Virus record (IMG/VR): IMGVR_UViG_3300037478_000106
Location: 1-45,651 of that record
From: a virus
Taxonomy: Duplodnaviria; Caudoviricetes
Direction: 5' to 3' (one strand)
Length of the DNA stretch: 45,651 nucleotides
Under the pieces are notes generated by a model. It was given only the letters and a program-made list of their open reading frames with translations, was not told the DNA's origin and ran no database searches. Both the position numbers and the translations under genes were made by a program. Of the stretch, positions 6,854 through 16,805 are shown one piece after another (the stretch's first letter is position 1; every line of letters starts with the position of its first letter).

Positions 6854-8513
6854 CCAGGATATCCCTTTCATTGATGAGTCCGTGGCTCGGATGCCACAGG
6901 ATATCAGGGAAGATCTGGCTGAGAAAGGCCGGAACAACCTGTACTTCTTTGCAAAGGGTATCATGGGGTTTAAGGACATGACTGAACGTTGTCATGGTCC
7001 GATGTGCGGGTTTGCAGATTCGCATCCTGCCCGATTCAAGATGATGCTCATGCCACGAGATCATTTCAAGTCCTCAGTGATTACTATTGCTGGCGGGCTG
7101 CAGCGAGTGGTTAAGGACGCGGAGAGTCGCCAACTCATAGCGAATGAATCCGCAACGAACTCTGAACGCTTCCTTAGCGCCATTCGTCAGCACGCGGAAG
7201 GGAATAGAATCTTTAGGGCATTGTACTCCGAGCACATTCCAAAGGACACGCATCGAGTCAAGTGGAATGACAAGGAGCTGGTCTTCGTTCGTAAGGGGCA
7301 CTATCCTGAGCCGACTATCGACTCGATTGGTATGACAGGGGCGAGCACCTCACGTCACTATACTCATATCACAGTCGATGACCCGATCTCAGAAGAAGCT
7401 GTCAAGTCTGAGAAGGTTATGCAGGACACGATAACTCGCATGAGCGGATTCACAGCGTTGTTGGTGAAACCTAACACTGACAGCATCTGGGTGGTAGGGA
7501 CGAGGTGGGCCCTGTGGGATTGCTACGAATGGATGCTGCAGAAGTTCGGTAAGGAGCTCGGGAAGCATTTCCGTTCTGTGATTGAGGATGGAGAGCTTCT
7601 GTTCCCCGAACTGATCTCGCATGAGATGCTTGCGCTCAAGCGGGAGATCCTCGGGGAGTACAGATTCAGCTGCCTGTACATGAACAATCCACGGAATGTG
7701 GAAGTTCAGGACCTCAACGTAGATGACCTGAAGTTCTACCGTTGGACCGAGGACGGGGACGCCGTTGAGCTGTTCGATAAGAAGGGTTCCATTACTGGAA
7801 AAGTTCGAATCGATCAGATGGACATCATCACCACGGTTGACCTGGCACCTAGCGAGACTGCTTCGTCAGACCGCAATGCCATCTGCACAGTGGGCATCAC
7901 ACCCTACAACGACGCGATCGTGCTTGACATGTTCGCCAAGCGTTGTACTCCTCTGGAGGTGATCGAACATCTCTTCTGGGTCAAGCAGCGCTTCGCTCCG
8001 CGCGTGTTTGGGATTGAGGATGTTGCCTACCAGAAGTCGTTCAAGTACTTCCTCCGTCAGGAAGCCAACCGTCGGAATGAGTACTTTAACATCAAGCCCC
8101 TGAAGGCACTCAACAAGAAGAACGAGAAAGTCATTCGCATCCGTGGCCTCCAGCCAGTCACGGCTACTGGGCACTTGTACATCAATCCTGTGATGTCTGT
8201 CCTTCGGCAGGAGATGGCTGAGTTCCCTCTTGGCCAGCATGACGACACGATTGACTCGTTGTCTATGCAGCTCCAGCTTTGGCCTCACAGGCTTTCTCCT
8301 GAACACTGGGCACGGCTGGCCCACGAGGAACGGAAGATCATCTCAACCATCCGCTCCGGCGGTTCGGACAGGATGTCTCTCCTCCGGGCAGAACTTGATC
8401 TGGACCCTGACGAGGAGATTGATCCAGACGATGTTACGATCTACTCCTCCTCACGAGTCCTCGCCCCACCCCGCCGTTCTCGCCCCACCGCCCCCGCCTT
8501 CCCACACACGTAA
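6846..8513 (+). CDS. terL: Terminase large subunit
   Basis: Walker A variant MPRDHFKS, Walker B ITVDDP, nuclease TVDLA and FPLGQHDDTIDSLS; GAGG before the ATG at 6846. Confidence 0.93.
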   Translation: MSDQDIPFIDESVARMPQDIREDLAEKGRNNLYFFAKGIMGFKDMTERCHGPMCGFADSHPARFKMMLMPRDHFKSSVITIAGGLQRVVKDAESRQLIANESATNSERFLSAIRQHAEGNRIFRALYSEHIPKDTHRVKWNDKELVFVRKGHYPEPTIDSIGMTGASTSRHYTHITVDDPISEEAVKSEKVMQDTITRMSGFTALLVKPNTDSIWVVGTRWALWDCYEWMLQKFGKELGKHFRSVIEDGELLFPELISHEMLALKREILGEYRFSCLYMNNPRNVEVQDLNVDDLKFYRWTEDGDAVELFDKKGSITGKVRIDQMDIITTVDLAPSETASSDRNAICTVGITPYNDAIVLDMFAKRCTPLEVIEHLFWVKQRFAPRVFGIEDVAYQKSFKYFLRQEANRRNEYFNIKPLKALNKKNEKVIRIRGLQPVTATGHLYINPVMSVLRQEMAEFPLGQHDDTIDSLSMQLQLWPHRLSPEHWARLAHEERKIISTIRSGGSDRMSLLRAELDLDPDEEIDPDDVTIYSSSRVLAPPRRSRPTAPAFPHT

Positions 8514-8600
8514 TCTTCACACGCCCCACCGAATCATCCCAACATCGTAGTTCCCGACACACGCAGTTGCCGTTGCAGTTTCATCCTTCATCATAGAGCC

Positions 8601-10616
8601 ATGACAGCACCTGATATGCTATTCGAGTCAGAGGAGCCGATGTCAGACGGGCCAACGCCTAGTCCTGACTTGACTAAGGCTTATCCTGATCCGATTATTC
8701 AGCTTGATGAAGCTAAGATGCAAACCTTCAAGGGCTGGCTGGATATCTGGCTGGAGACCTTGATCTCAGAACAGCAAGCAAAGCTTCTCCAATGGGCTGA
8801 GGAGGAGCGTTCCTATCGAGCACTTTCAGATGGCCCCCGTATGGATCCTTACGAAGGCGCCTGTGGAGACGTAGTTCCCGCTATTGCTATGGCAGTGGAT
8901 CCTATCCACGCAAGACTCTCTACAGGAATCTTCAAGTCTGACCCCGTCTTTCGGCTGAAGCCTCTCCGGAAGTCCTACACGAAGATCATCGGCGGCATGG
9001 AGCGTTGGATTGAATACTACCAGAAGTATAAACTCAATCTCCGAAACATCGCTGCTCCGCGCCTTTTTGAGTTCGCTAAGCACGGCACAATGGTCTATAA
9101 GACCATTTATGACCGTGATACTTACAAGATCAAGTCCTACGATGACCAGTGGAACGTGGTTGACAAACAAGTCACGCGTTTCTCTGGACCTCGTGTTATC
9201 GGGATTCCGCTCCAGAACTTCCTCTTCCCAGCACGATACCAGACAGTCCATGAATGTCCTATCGTAGCTGAACGCTTGGTTGTGACCATGAGTGATCTTC
9301 TCCGTATGCAGGAAGCGAAGAAGATCACTAACGTGGAGAAGCTTGAAGGCCAAGAGATGCTGATGGGGAATGATCTTGAGATCGAACAGCAAGAATCATC
9401 CAACCATCAGGAAGTGGTTGAGCAGACTAAGCTCTACCTTGAACTCCATGAGATCTGGTGTGACTATGATATTGACGGAGATGGGATTCCTGAATCTCTC
9501 GTCGTTACTTATCACAAGCCCACTCAGACAATCCTTCAGCTTCGTTACAACTGGTACTTCCATCAGCGTAAGCCCTACACAGTGATTCCATATACTGTGG
9601 CTGCCGCATCTCTCTGGGGTGTTGGCATTGCTGAGATGACTCGTCCGTTCCAAGAACAACTTACTACTTGGCATCGAATCGCTACGGATAATGCGTACCT
9701 TGCAAACATCCGTATGTTCATTACCAAGAAGGAGAACGGGATTGAGAATCGACCTAAGCTCTATTCGGGCCGCGTTTTCAGAGTGGATGATCCGAAGACT
9801 GATTTCATTCCGTTTGCTGCTGCAGACATTTATAATTCGACTCTGGCCGAGCGTCAGAACTTGTTTGGTCTGGCTGAGAAACGGACTGGTATTTCTGATT
9901 ATCTTACTGGTCGTGAGTCTCCTGTTATCGGGAGCCGAGCGACTGCTACTTCCACCCTTGCGCTGATTCAAGAAGGCACTCGGCGTGTGGAAGAAGTCCT
10001 TGAAAATATCCGGCAGGGTTTTGCAGAGATCATGCAGAACTGTATTGCCATCTGGATTCAGTATGGTCTTGATGGACTGGACGATTTGGTCTTTGGCGAT
10101 GACGAGCTTGTTGGGCAGCTTCGAGAGTTCTTTGCATCAGTTCGATCTGAGAACGTTGATGGCGCTCTTGCGATTGATCTGACAGCAACCGATGCTGCGA
10201 ATAACAAAACTGCTCAACAGCAGATGCAGCTTGCCATTATTCAGGTTATGATGGGCTATCTTGAGAAGCTGGTTCCGCTTTCCCAGATGGCTCTTCAGGC
10301 TAAGATGCAGTCACCTGAAATGGCTGAGATGCTTGTTGAGATCATGAACTCCGCTCGTAACATGTTCCGAGACCTCCTCCAGAAGTACGACGTAAGGAAT
10401 CCAGATGACTACCTTCCAGATCTCGAAAAGTACCTCACCGCCACAGTCGAAACAGGACAACAGCCAGCAGGAGGACTTGAAGGACTTCTTGCAGGAACTA
10501 TTCGACCACCAGGGCTTCAAGTACCTGCAGTCCCAACTCCAGGAGTTCCTGGCGGTGGCCCAACGGAAGTTGGAGGCGGCTTCGGACCCCGTGGAGGTTT
10601 TTCGTTTACAGGGTGA
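8601..10616 (+). CDS. Portal protein (P22-like)
   Basis: 671 aa directly after terL; EKRTGISDYLTG...TAT motif; disordered C-terminus. Confidence 0.85.
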   Translation: MTAPDMLFESEEPMSDGPTPSPDLTKAYPDPIIQLDEAKMQTFKGWLDIWLETLISEQQAKLLQWAEEERSYRALSDGPRMDPYEGACGDVVPAIAMAVDPIHARLSTGIFKSDPVFRLKPLRKSYTKIIGGMERWIEYYQKYKLNLRNIAAPRLFEFAKHGTMVYKTIYDRDTYKIKSYDDQWNVVDKQVTRFSGPRVIGIPLQNFLFPARYQTVHECPIVAERLVVTMSDLLRMQEAKKITNVEKLEGQEMLMGNDLEIEQQESSNHQEVVEQTKLYLELHEIWCDYDIDGDGIPESLVVTYHKPTQTILQLRYNWYFHQRKPYTVIPYTVAAASLWGVGIAEMTRPFQEQLTTWHRIATDNAYLANIRMFITKKENGIENRPKLYSGRVFRVDDPKTDFIPFAAADIYNSTLAERQNLFGLAEKRTGISDYLTGRESPVIGSRATATSTLALIQEGTRRVEEVLENIRQGFAEIMQNCIAIWIQYGLDGLDDLVFGDDELVGQLREFFASVRSENVDGALAIDLTATDAANNKTAQQQMQLAIIQVMMGYLEKLVPLSQMALQAKMQSPEMAEMLVEIMNSARNMFRDLLQKYDVRNPDDYLPDLEKYLTATVETGQQPAGGLEGLLAGTIRPPGLQVPAVPTPGVPGGGPTEVGGGFGPRGGFSFTG

Positions 10617-10683
10617 AGTAAGGATGGCGAAGAAAATGCTGGTCCACCATAAAGAGCTGATTGAGCAGCTCTCAACCGAGTAA
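10405..10683 (+). CDS. Small helical protein between portal and scaffold, overlapping the portal 3' end
   Basis: LFDHQGFKYL...EVFRLQGEVR resembles the small gene commonly found at this position; ends 3 nt before the scaffold start. Confidence 0.6.
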   Translation: MTTFQISKSTSPPQSKQDNSQQEDLKDFLQELFDHQGFKYLQSQLQEFLAVAQRKLEAASDPVEVFRLQGEVRMAKKMLVHHKELIEQLSTE

Positions 10684-10686
10684 GGA

Positions 10687-11502
10687 GTGTTTCCCGTGGT
10701 AGATTCAGGCGAAGGTAACGAAGTCTCTATTGACGACTTCGAGGCGATGGAGACGGAGCGCCAGGCTAAGGAGACTGCTCCGGCAGTAATCACTGGGGAT
10801 GACATCCCAGAACAGTTCCGTGGTAAGAGTGCGAAGGAAATCGCAGAGACGGCTGATCGTTCGATGAAGGCGCTGCGGATTAGTGAGGAAGCTCGTCTTG
10901 CGGCGCTTGAGGCTCGTGCGAATACACCAGCTCCTGTGGCTCCAGTGGCTTCAGTCGATAATGGCCCACAGGAACTGACGGAAGAAGAGTTCGATGCGCT
11001 GTACGAAGAGGATCCAAAGCGTGCTCTTCGTATTGCAGCTGAACGGATCGCAATGACTACCGAGCGTAATGTTCTCGCACGGATGGCTCCGCTTCAGCAG
11101 GGTCAGCGTGCAAGTGCTGAGCAGGCTGCCCGACAGAAGTATGCAGATGAGTTTGAAGCCCTCGGTAAGGAAATCGATGCTGTCGTTGCAAAGATTCCTA
11201 ACCCGCAGTACTTGTCGAATCCAGGTGCTTGGGATGAAGTCATCTCTTATGTGCGTGGACAGAACATCGACAAGATCGTTGAGATGCGTATGGCGAAGGC
11301 AAGTGCTTCGAGTGAAGCAGCCGCTCGCGCCGCACAGCAGATGAACACAGGCTTTAGTGCAACTCGTCCAGTTGCTCCGGCTGCTTCGATTGGTGGAAGT
11401 GATCCTTCACATCATGGGCTGGATGATACTGAGCGCAAGGTTGCAGATACACTCAATCAGTCTTACGCTGAGTTCGCTCGGTGGAAGAAAATGGGGAACT
11501 AA
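10687..11502 (+). CDS. Capsid scaffolding protein
   Basis: Acidic, helical; C-terminal LDDTERKVADTLNQSYAEFARWKK; position. Confidence 0.7.
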   Translation: MFPVVDSGEGNEVSIDDFEAMETERQAKETAPAVITGDDIPEQFRGKSAKEIAETADRSMKALRISEEARLAALEARANTPAPVAPVASVDNGPQELTEEEFDALYEEDPKRALRIAAERIAMTTERNVLARMAPLQQGQRASAEQAARQKYADEFEALGKEIDAVVAKIPNPQYLSNPGAWDEVISYVRGQNIDKIVEMRMAKASASSEAAARAAQQMNTGFSATRPVAPAASIGGSDPSHHGLDDTERKVADTLNQSYAEFARWKKMGN

Positions 11503-11505
11503 CAG

Positions 11506-11946
11506 ATGGCAGACGACACGAAGGAAACTCCTGCCCAGGTGTTGGCACGCCTGAAGCAGCAAGAGGCTACCACTGGGCGTTCCGGTGCTATTCCTCGCAT
11601 GCCGAAGGAAATAATGTTCGATGCTTCAGAAGCCGAGGCTCGTCATCCGGATAAGCATCTCCGGTGGCTGAACCTGGCGGATAAGAACAAGATGGCCTCG
11701 CGTAAAGCTGAGGGTTATACCATCCTTCCAGAGTCGGAGGGCGGTCAGAAGCTTGGGGACGAAATGGTGCTTGCAGCAATCCCTAAGGAACAGTACGAGC
11801 AGCGTGTCGCTCATCAAGCAGCAGAGAACGAACGGCGGCTTAACTCCCACACGAAGGAGTGGGCAGAGCAGGCCGAGGGCGCTGCACGTATTCTCCGAGA
11901 CCAGTACGGTATCAAGGTCTCTCCTGAAAAACTGACACGACTCTGA
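11506..11946 (+). CDS. Head-cluster hypothetical protein, 146 aa
   Basis: ORF between the scaffold and capsid genes. Confidence 0.7.
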   Translation: MADDTKETPAQVLARLKQQEATTGRSGAIPRMPKEIMFDASEAEARHPDKHLRWLNLADKNKMASRKAEGYTILPESEGGQKLGDEMVLAAIPKEQYEQRVAHQAAENERRLNSHTKEWAEQAEGAARILRDQYGIKVSPEKLTRL

Positions 11947-11953
11947 GGTTAAC

Positions 11954-12424
11954 ATGGCTAGCAGCTTTCCGGCTGAAGTAGCACAGAGGATCGATCAGGG
12001 TTCTGATGTCCAGCCGTATACTCCTTCGCAGGAGTCCGGCGAGACGATGGTTCCTGGCGAGCTTGTGTTCTACGACACGACAAACAACTGGATGGAGCGT
12101 TGCGGAGCAGATCCTGCTCTCATCGCAGGTATCTCCGAGGGGAGCTCGGAAGCAGGTCGCGTTCTGACTGAGGATGGTAAGGTCCCGATTCGCCTTCTCA
12201 AGTCTGGCGCTGTTGTTCGATTCGCTTCTACGACGACTCCGGCAGAGTCTCATGCGGGTGATGAGTACGGAATCACTCGTGATGCGAATGGTCACTGGCT
12301 TCTCGATATTGCGAAGACCACGACCGACGCACGGTTCCAGGTGGTCCGTGTTGATATTCCTTCCGGCTCGTTCTACTGCATTCCGCTCGCGGAGTATCTG
12401 CAGTTTGACGGCGTTGACAGCTAA
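11954..12424 (+). CDS. Putative capsid decoration/cement protein
   Basis: GAGG RBS; beta-rich 156 aa immediately before the MCP. Confidence 0.55.
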   Translation: MASSFPAEVAQRIDQGSDVQPYTPSQESGETMVPGELVFYDTTNNWMERCGADPALIAGISEGSSEAGRVLTEDGKVPIRLLKSGAVVRFASTTTPAESHAGDEYGITRDANGHWLLDIAKTTTDARFQVVRVDIPSGSFYCIPLAEYLQFDGVDS

Positions 12425-12439
12425 CCGAGGAAACCTACA

Positions 12440-13339
12440 ATGGGTGTAATGAACAGAGGTGGGTTCTCGAATCTGCTGGCACCGGGCTTCCGGAAGATCG
12501 TATTCGAGACATATAAGGAACGACCCCTGGAGTATGCCAAGATCGTGAACAAGAACACCTCGAAGCGTGCTTACGAGGAAGACTTCCCGATCGCTGGCCT
12601 GGGGGCTCTGCAGCAGAAGGTTGAAGGTGGTAGCATTGTCTACCAGTCTGGTATCCAGGGTGAGATCAAGCGGTATGTCTGGTCGACTTACGCGCTTGGC
12701 TACCGCATCTCGCCGGAGATGTTCGACGATGATCTCTATGGCGTGTTCGGTAGTAAGTTCTCTCGCTCGCTTGGTCGCTCCGCTCGGAATAACGAGGAAG
12801 TGGTTGGGCACTCTCCGTACAACAACGCCTTCGATACGGCCTTCAATGGCTTTGTCGCTGGTGAGTCGCTGTGCGGTGACCACCTGACGCTTCGTGGATC
12901 TACGCAGCGTAACCGTCCTGTGACTGATGCCGACTTCGGTCTGCTGACGCTGCAGGCTGCGATTGAACACTTCCATGGCCTTACGGATGAGAGCGGGTTC
13001 CCGACGCTTTACATCCCGCGGAAGGTGATTCACTCGGTTGGGGACCACTGGATTGTCAATCAGGTGCTGAAGTCTCAGTATCTGCCGGGTGGTAACCTCA
13101 ATGACATGAACCAGATCGCGCATGAAGGTCTGATGCCGCACCTGTCGCACTACCTGACCGATCCAGATGCTTGGTTCGTTCTGTGTGAGAATCATGATAT
13201 CAACTACTTCGATCGTCGTCCGTTCACGTACAAGAACGGTGATGACTTCGACAGTGGTGATGCGAAGTTCAAGGGCACTCGTCGTAACGGCGCCGGCTTT
13301 GGTGAGTGGCGTGGTGTGTACGGCTCGACGGGGGTTTGA
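12440..13339 (+). CDS. Major capsid protein (HK97 fold)
   Basis: 299 aa; LLAPGFRKI...HYLTDPDAWF...GFGEWRGVYGS pattern; strong codon bias. Confidence 0.88.
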   Translation: MGVMNRGGFSNLLAPGFRKIVFETYKERPLEYAKIVNKNTSKRAYEEDFPIAGLGALQQKVEGGSIVYQSGIQGEIKRYVWSTYALGYRISPEMFDDDLYGVFGSKFSRSLGRSARNNEEVVGHSPYNNAFDTAFNGFVAGESLCGDHLTLRGSTQRNRPVTDADFGLLTLQAAIEHFHGLTDESGFPTLYIPRKVIHSVGDHWIVNQVLKSQYLPGGNLNDMNQIAHEGLMPHLSHYLTDPDAWFVLCENHDINYFDRRPFTYKNGDDFDSGDAKFKGTRRNGAGFGEWRGVYGSTGV

Positions 13340-13342
13340 ACT

Positions 13343-14044
13343 ATGCCACTCCCAGCGGACTATAATGGGGGTGGCAGCGCATGGCCGATCAACCTGAGCA
13401 ACCTCGGACCAGCGGCAGATCGTACGCTGACTCCGAGGCCTGCTCTGGCGGGTCTTTATAAGCAGTCCTTTGTGGCGCCGGCTGCGGCCGCACTGGATAG
13501 CTTTATCGACACGGCTGTGGCTGGCCCCGATACTGCGACGGATACGTATGTGCCAGGTGATGCTGCAATGGATGGTGCACTTGGCGCTACTGGTATCATT
13601 CCGCAGGCACGAAACGTAGTCATCACTGTAACACACGATACGAGTGTTGTTGCTCTTAGCGGTGTGATTACGGGTAAGGATCAGTACGGTAAGACGATTA
13701 CCGAAGCCTGGTCTGTGACGGCTACTGGTACGACGAAGACCTTCACGGGTGCTGTTGCCTTCAAGTCGATCGATTCGATCACTGTTGTAGCAGCTGCTGA
13801 TGCTAGCGCCGATGATATTCAGATCGGTACTGGTAAGGTTTTTGGACTTGCGTTCAAGAATCCAATGCCTGGCGTGGTGAAGGAACTGCATGCTGGTTCC
13901 ATCCTCACGAACGGTGTTGTTGTAGCCGCATCGGCATCAGCTAATGCGGACGCTCGTGGTACCTATACGCCTAACGGTACTCCTAACGGAGTGCTGACTT
14001 GGGATATCTGGTACATCGTTGACGACTTCAACGATCTCGATTAA
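13343..14044 (+). CDS. Virion structural protein (possible head decoration)
   Basis: A/T/G/V-rich beta protein after the MCP. Confidence 0.6.
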   Translation: MPLPADYNGGGSAWPINLSNLGPAADRTLTPRPALAGLYKQSFVAPAAAALDSFIDTAVAGPDTATDTYVPGDAAMDGALGATGIIPQARNVVITVTHDTSVVALSGVITGKDQYGKTITEAWSVTATGTTKTFTGAVAFKSIDSITVVAAADASADDIQIGTGKVFGLAFKNPMPGVVKELHAGSILTNGVVVAASASANADARGTYTPNGTPNGVLTWDIWYIVDDFNDLD

Positions 14045-14046
14045 CA

Positions 14047-14066
14047 GTTTTCCGGGAATGGAAAAG
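14047..14066. promoter_or_regulatory. Palindromic motif, copy 4
   Basis: GTTTTCCGGGAATGGAAAAG immediately before the ATG at 14067. Confidence 0.65.
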
Positions 14067-14348
14067 ATGGCTAACCGTCAGCTAGTGATGTTGAACTGCA
14101 AGACTTCGCATAAGACGCCACTGGTGCGCGTGAAGCCTGATTTCACCTATATCTCAGTAACTGGATTGGGTCAGGGTGATCAGGTCTGGCTTAAGATCAA
14201 GAAAAACAGTTACACTGATTTCTCTTTGAGCCTTGAGTCAGGCCTGAACCCTTTCCCAATCGAGCTTCGGGATGAGCAGTTTCAGATCGAAAAAATCGCA
14301 GGGCCTAACTCAGGCCCCACCACTATTGAAGTTTTGAGAGGTGTCTGA
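14067..14348 (+). CDS. Hypothetical protein, 93 aa
   Basis: Internal ATG of ORF 14019..14348; TGATG coupling. Confidence 0.6.
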   Translation: MANRQLVMLNCKTSHKTPLVRVKPDFTYISVTGLGQGDQVWLKIKKNSYTDFSLSLESGLNPFPIELRDEQFQIEKIAGPNSGPTTIEVLRGV

Positions 14349-14710
14349 TGTCTCGTGGAAATGAGTTGGTAGGAGCTCTAACCGTTGCCGCAGCTGGGAC
14401 GACATCTGGCCTCTTGAGTGCCATCTTGAGCAAGGGACAGATGAAGGTACTTGGGAGTGCAGTATCCCTGAGTATCTATAGTCCAGAAACGCTGGCAGAA
14501 GCTGCTACCGTTGAAGTTGCTGCTGAGTATCCTGGAACGAACTGGAGAACTCTTCAGGACGAAACAGGTGCTAACGTAGTGCCGACTGCAGATGATGTCA
14601 TCAACATTCCAGCACCGTCCTTCTTGGATATGCGGATTGTTCTTGGTGGTGCTGCAGCGGCAGGTCGGACCTTCCAGATCATGGCAAAGCTCGACTACCC
14701 TGAGAGCTAA
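14348..14710 (+). CDS. Hypothetical virion protein, 120 aa
   Basis: GAGG RBS; operon context. Confidence 0.65.
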   Translation: MSRGNELVGALTVAAAGTTSGLLSAILSKGQMKVLGSAVSLSIYSPETLAEAATVEVAAEYPGTNWRTLQDETGANVVPTADDVINIPAPSFLDMRIVLGGAAAAGRTFQIMAKLDYPES

Positions 14711-14712
14711 TC

Positions 14713-15351
14713 ATGGGTAGAATCTCTACGATGCCTAATCTGCCAGAAGCATCTTTGGCAGCTCTAGACATCATTCCTATTCTGGATGTCAGCGAACCGC
14801 TAGTAGCTGATCAGAATAAGCATGTGACTCTAGAGGATCTAGCAGCTTACATCACCGCTGGCGGTGGTAATAGTTTTGATTCTATCATCATCACTAAGCC
14901 TGATGATGCTGGGATTTTTGCAACTCTCAGTCTACCTGCGACTGGAGAGCCTGATCAGAACTTCCTCCTTGTAGAACCGACAGGTCTCATCGGAGGTGCT
15001 AAGATTCGCATGGGCACGACTGAGCTCTGGATTAACCGGAATCAGTCTGTCGATATGTACTTTGGTGCTGATCAAGATGAATATCTTATTATCCAACGAC
15101 CAGGTGCAGGTAGTATTTCACTTGATCTTGGTGTTCCTGGTGGTGGTGGTAGTGTATATGCGGATGCTGAAGGTATCCACTTGTATACTACTGATGCTAT
15201 CATCATGGATAGTGAGATGTACACTCGGAGTAACTTGTATCTCCTAGATGTTGTTGGAGGTATAGATACTTATGGCCCTGTTCAGATTGATGCTGCTGAT
15301 TCTGGCGGCGCTGGTCTTCGTAGGCTCGTTGTTCCAAACGCGGCAGTTTAA
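14713..15351 (+). CDS. Putative fibre/appendage protein
   Basis: N-terminal RISTMP...DIIPILD...NKHVTLEDL attachment-type motif; Gly-rich beta body. Confidence 0.55.
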   Translation: MGRISTMPNLPEASLAALDIIPILDVSEPLVADQNKHVTLEDLAAYITAGGGNSFDSIIITKPDDAGIFATLSLPATGEPDQNFLLVEPTGLIGGAKIRMGTTELWINRNQSVDMYFGADQDEYLIIQRPGAGSISLDLGVPGGGGSVYADAEGIHLYTTDAIIMDSEMYTRSNLYLLDVVGGIDTYGPVQIDAADSGGAGLRRLVVPNAAV

Positions 15352-15368
15352 CCTTTTCCTAACTCATC

Positions 15369-15704
15369 ATGCGCACACTGGCCTTTACCTCCGACCAAAA
15401 GACGATCTTCGATGCCCTTCACGTTGCGATCTATAAGTGTCCGATCGACTTCTCGAAGGAAGAACTTCGTCTCATCGCAAAGCTCCAGGACCTTTTTGAA
15501 GAAGCTTCTGAAGAGTCCCATGACACGAACGGTATTATGGAGAAGACTCTTAAGAAGGACGGGACTTCATTCAAGGTCGAAGAGGCCCAGTGGAAAGTCC
15601 TGAATAAGGCCTTCAAGGGAACTCCTTGGACTGCGCAGTTCGCAAAGAAGTATGTTGAGGTTGAGGACTATCTCGAACTGATCAAGGAAGAGAAGCCCTC
15701 ATGA
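15369..15704 (+). CDS. Hypothetical protein, possible fibre chaperone
   Basis: Charged, helical, 111 aa, directly after a fibre-like gene. Confidence 0.55.
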   Translation: MRTLAFTSDQKTIFDALHVAIYKCPIDFSKEELRLIAKLQDLFEEASEESHDTNGIMEKTLKKDGTSFKVEEAQWKVLNKAFKGTPWTAQFAKKYVEVEDYLELIKEEKPS

Positions 15705-15871
15705 CTGACCCATCGGCGACGACCTTTTCCTCCGTATATCCGACTCATGGGTTAGATGTTACTGACCAGACGGATATGCGTGCAGGTTTGACCCTCGCGA
15801 TTGTTCAACAGGAAGATGGGTCACCTTTTCTAACAGAAGATAACTTGCTTATCTTTGAGGAGTCGCCGTGA
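15701..15871 (+). CDS. Small virion-associated protein, 56 aa, absent from the ORF track
   Basis: ATGA and GTGA overlaps at the two ends; QEDGSPFLTEDN motif. Confidence 0.6.
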   Translation: MTDPSATTFSSVYPTHGLDVTDQTDMRAGLTLAIVQQEDGSPFLTEDNLLIFEESP

Positions 15872-16527
15872 ACCTGTCATCCTTTCGGACGGCTCTAAGA
15901 TCTCGTATCGGGAATCCTACTGCGGCAGAAGTTCCTGATACAGAGCTCACGGAGCGGATTAACGAAGCTGTAACTGACATCACAGAGAAGTACGGTTTTC
16001 ATAAGGCACGGCAAGTTGTCACCTTTCCGACAGTGGCGGATACTAACAGGTATGCGCTACCGTCGGATTGTGTCGTTATTATGAAGCTGAAGCATCCGTT
16101 GGAGAATCTACAGCTTCGTAAGCGCGATGAGACCTGGGCTGCCGAGAATGCAACGCTGGAGTCTGGTAAGCCGCTGAGTTATCTTCGGGAGCGTGACTGG
16201 ATTCAACTGTTCCCACCTCCTGATGATGTATACACGCTGGAGCTTTTCTACAAAGCATCAGCTCCAGTACTAACCCTTGATGCTGATGAGCCGATTTTCC
16301 CAACGACTTGGGATCAAGGTGCAATCTACCTTGCCCGATATAAGTATTGGGATGTTCGAGGAGATCTTCAAAAAGCGACCTTTGCTTTCAATGCGTGGCA
16401 GATGTGGGTGCGTGATAAGCCGAACGAGATCATGGAAGAGATGTTCGCCGATGATACTGAAGGTGTTCGTCTCTTGATCCCAGGTCGGAGGACTTCTCCG
16501 CGGCTTGATTTCGATGAGAGGGACTAG
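15868..16527 (+). CDS. Head-tail adaptor protein
   Basis: MNLSSFRTALRSRIG...INEA...YALPSD...LFPPPDDVY...DEPIFP pattern. Confidence 0.75.
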   Translation: MNLSSFRTALRSRIGNPTAAEVPDTELTERINEAVTDITEKYGFHKARQVVTFPTVADTNRYALPSDCVVIMKLKHPLENLQLRKRDETWAAENATLESGKPLSYLRERDWIQLFPPPDDVYTLELFYKASAPVLTLDADEPIFPTTWDQGAIYLARYKYWDVRGDLQKATFAFNAWQMWVRDKPNEIMEEMFADDTEGVRLLIPGRRTSPRLDFDERD

Positions 16528-16529
16528 TC

Positions 16530-16805
16530 ATGGCAGACAATCATCCTATAAACGGTCGAGTCGGATGGTTTCTTTCAGTGGTTCGTCAGGTTACACCACT
16601 GTCACTCGTTCTTATCGGACTGTTTATAGCACTTGGATTTAACTACACAACGCCAGCAGAGGCTATCAAGGACACAAAAGAGCGCTTAGAACGTGTTGAG
16701 CGTATGCTTGAATCTCTTGTTCGGCTTGAGTGCGCTCGTGTTAGTGATCGTGATGCTCGACTGAGTGATTTAAACTGCACATCTGTCCGGAGGATGCGGC
16801 AATGA
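16530..16805 (+). CDS. Membrane protein, lysis-associated candidate
   Basis: One TM segment plus coiled coil, just upstream of the endolysin. Confidence 0.55.
   Translation: MADNHPINGRVGWFLSVVRQVTPLSLVLIGLFIALGFNYTTPAEAIKDTKERLERVERMLESLVRLECARVSDRDARLSDLNCTSVRRMRQ

Noticed and set aside
13337-13345. MCP stop TGA in frame with the next gene (possible readthrough fusion)
   Set aside because: Stop-NNN-start in-frame junctions also occur at 10683, 11502 and 24514, and the downstream gene has a usable GGGGG RBS. There is no specific evidence for readthrough.
11912-13891. 659-aa antisense ORF across the capsid genes
   Set aside because: It mirrors strongly codon-biased sense genes, has no recognisable motif or RBS, and is best explained as a shadow ORF.
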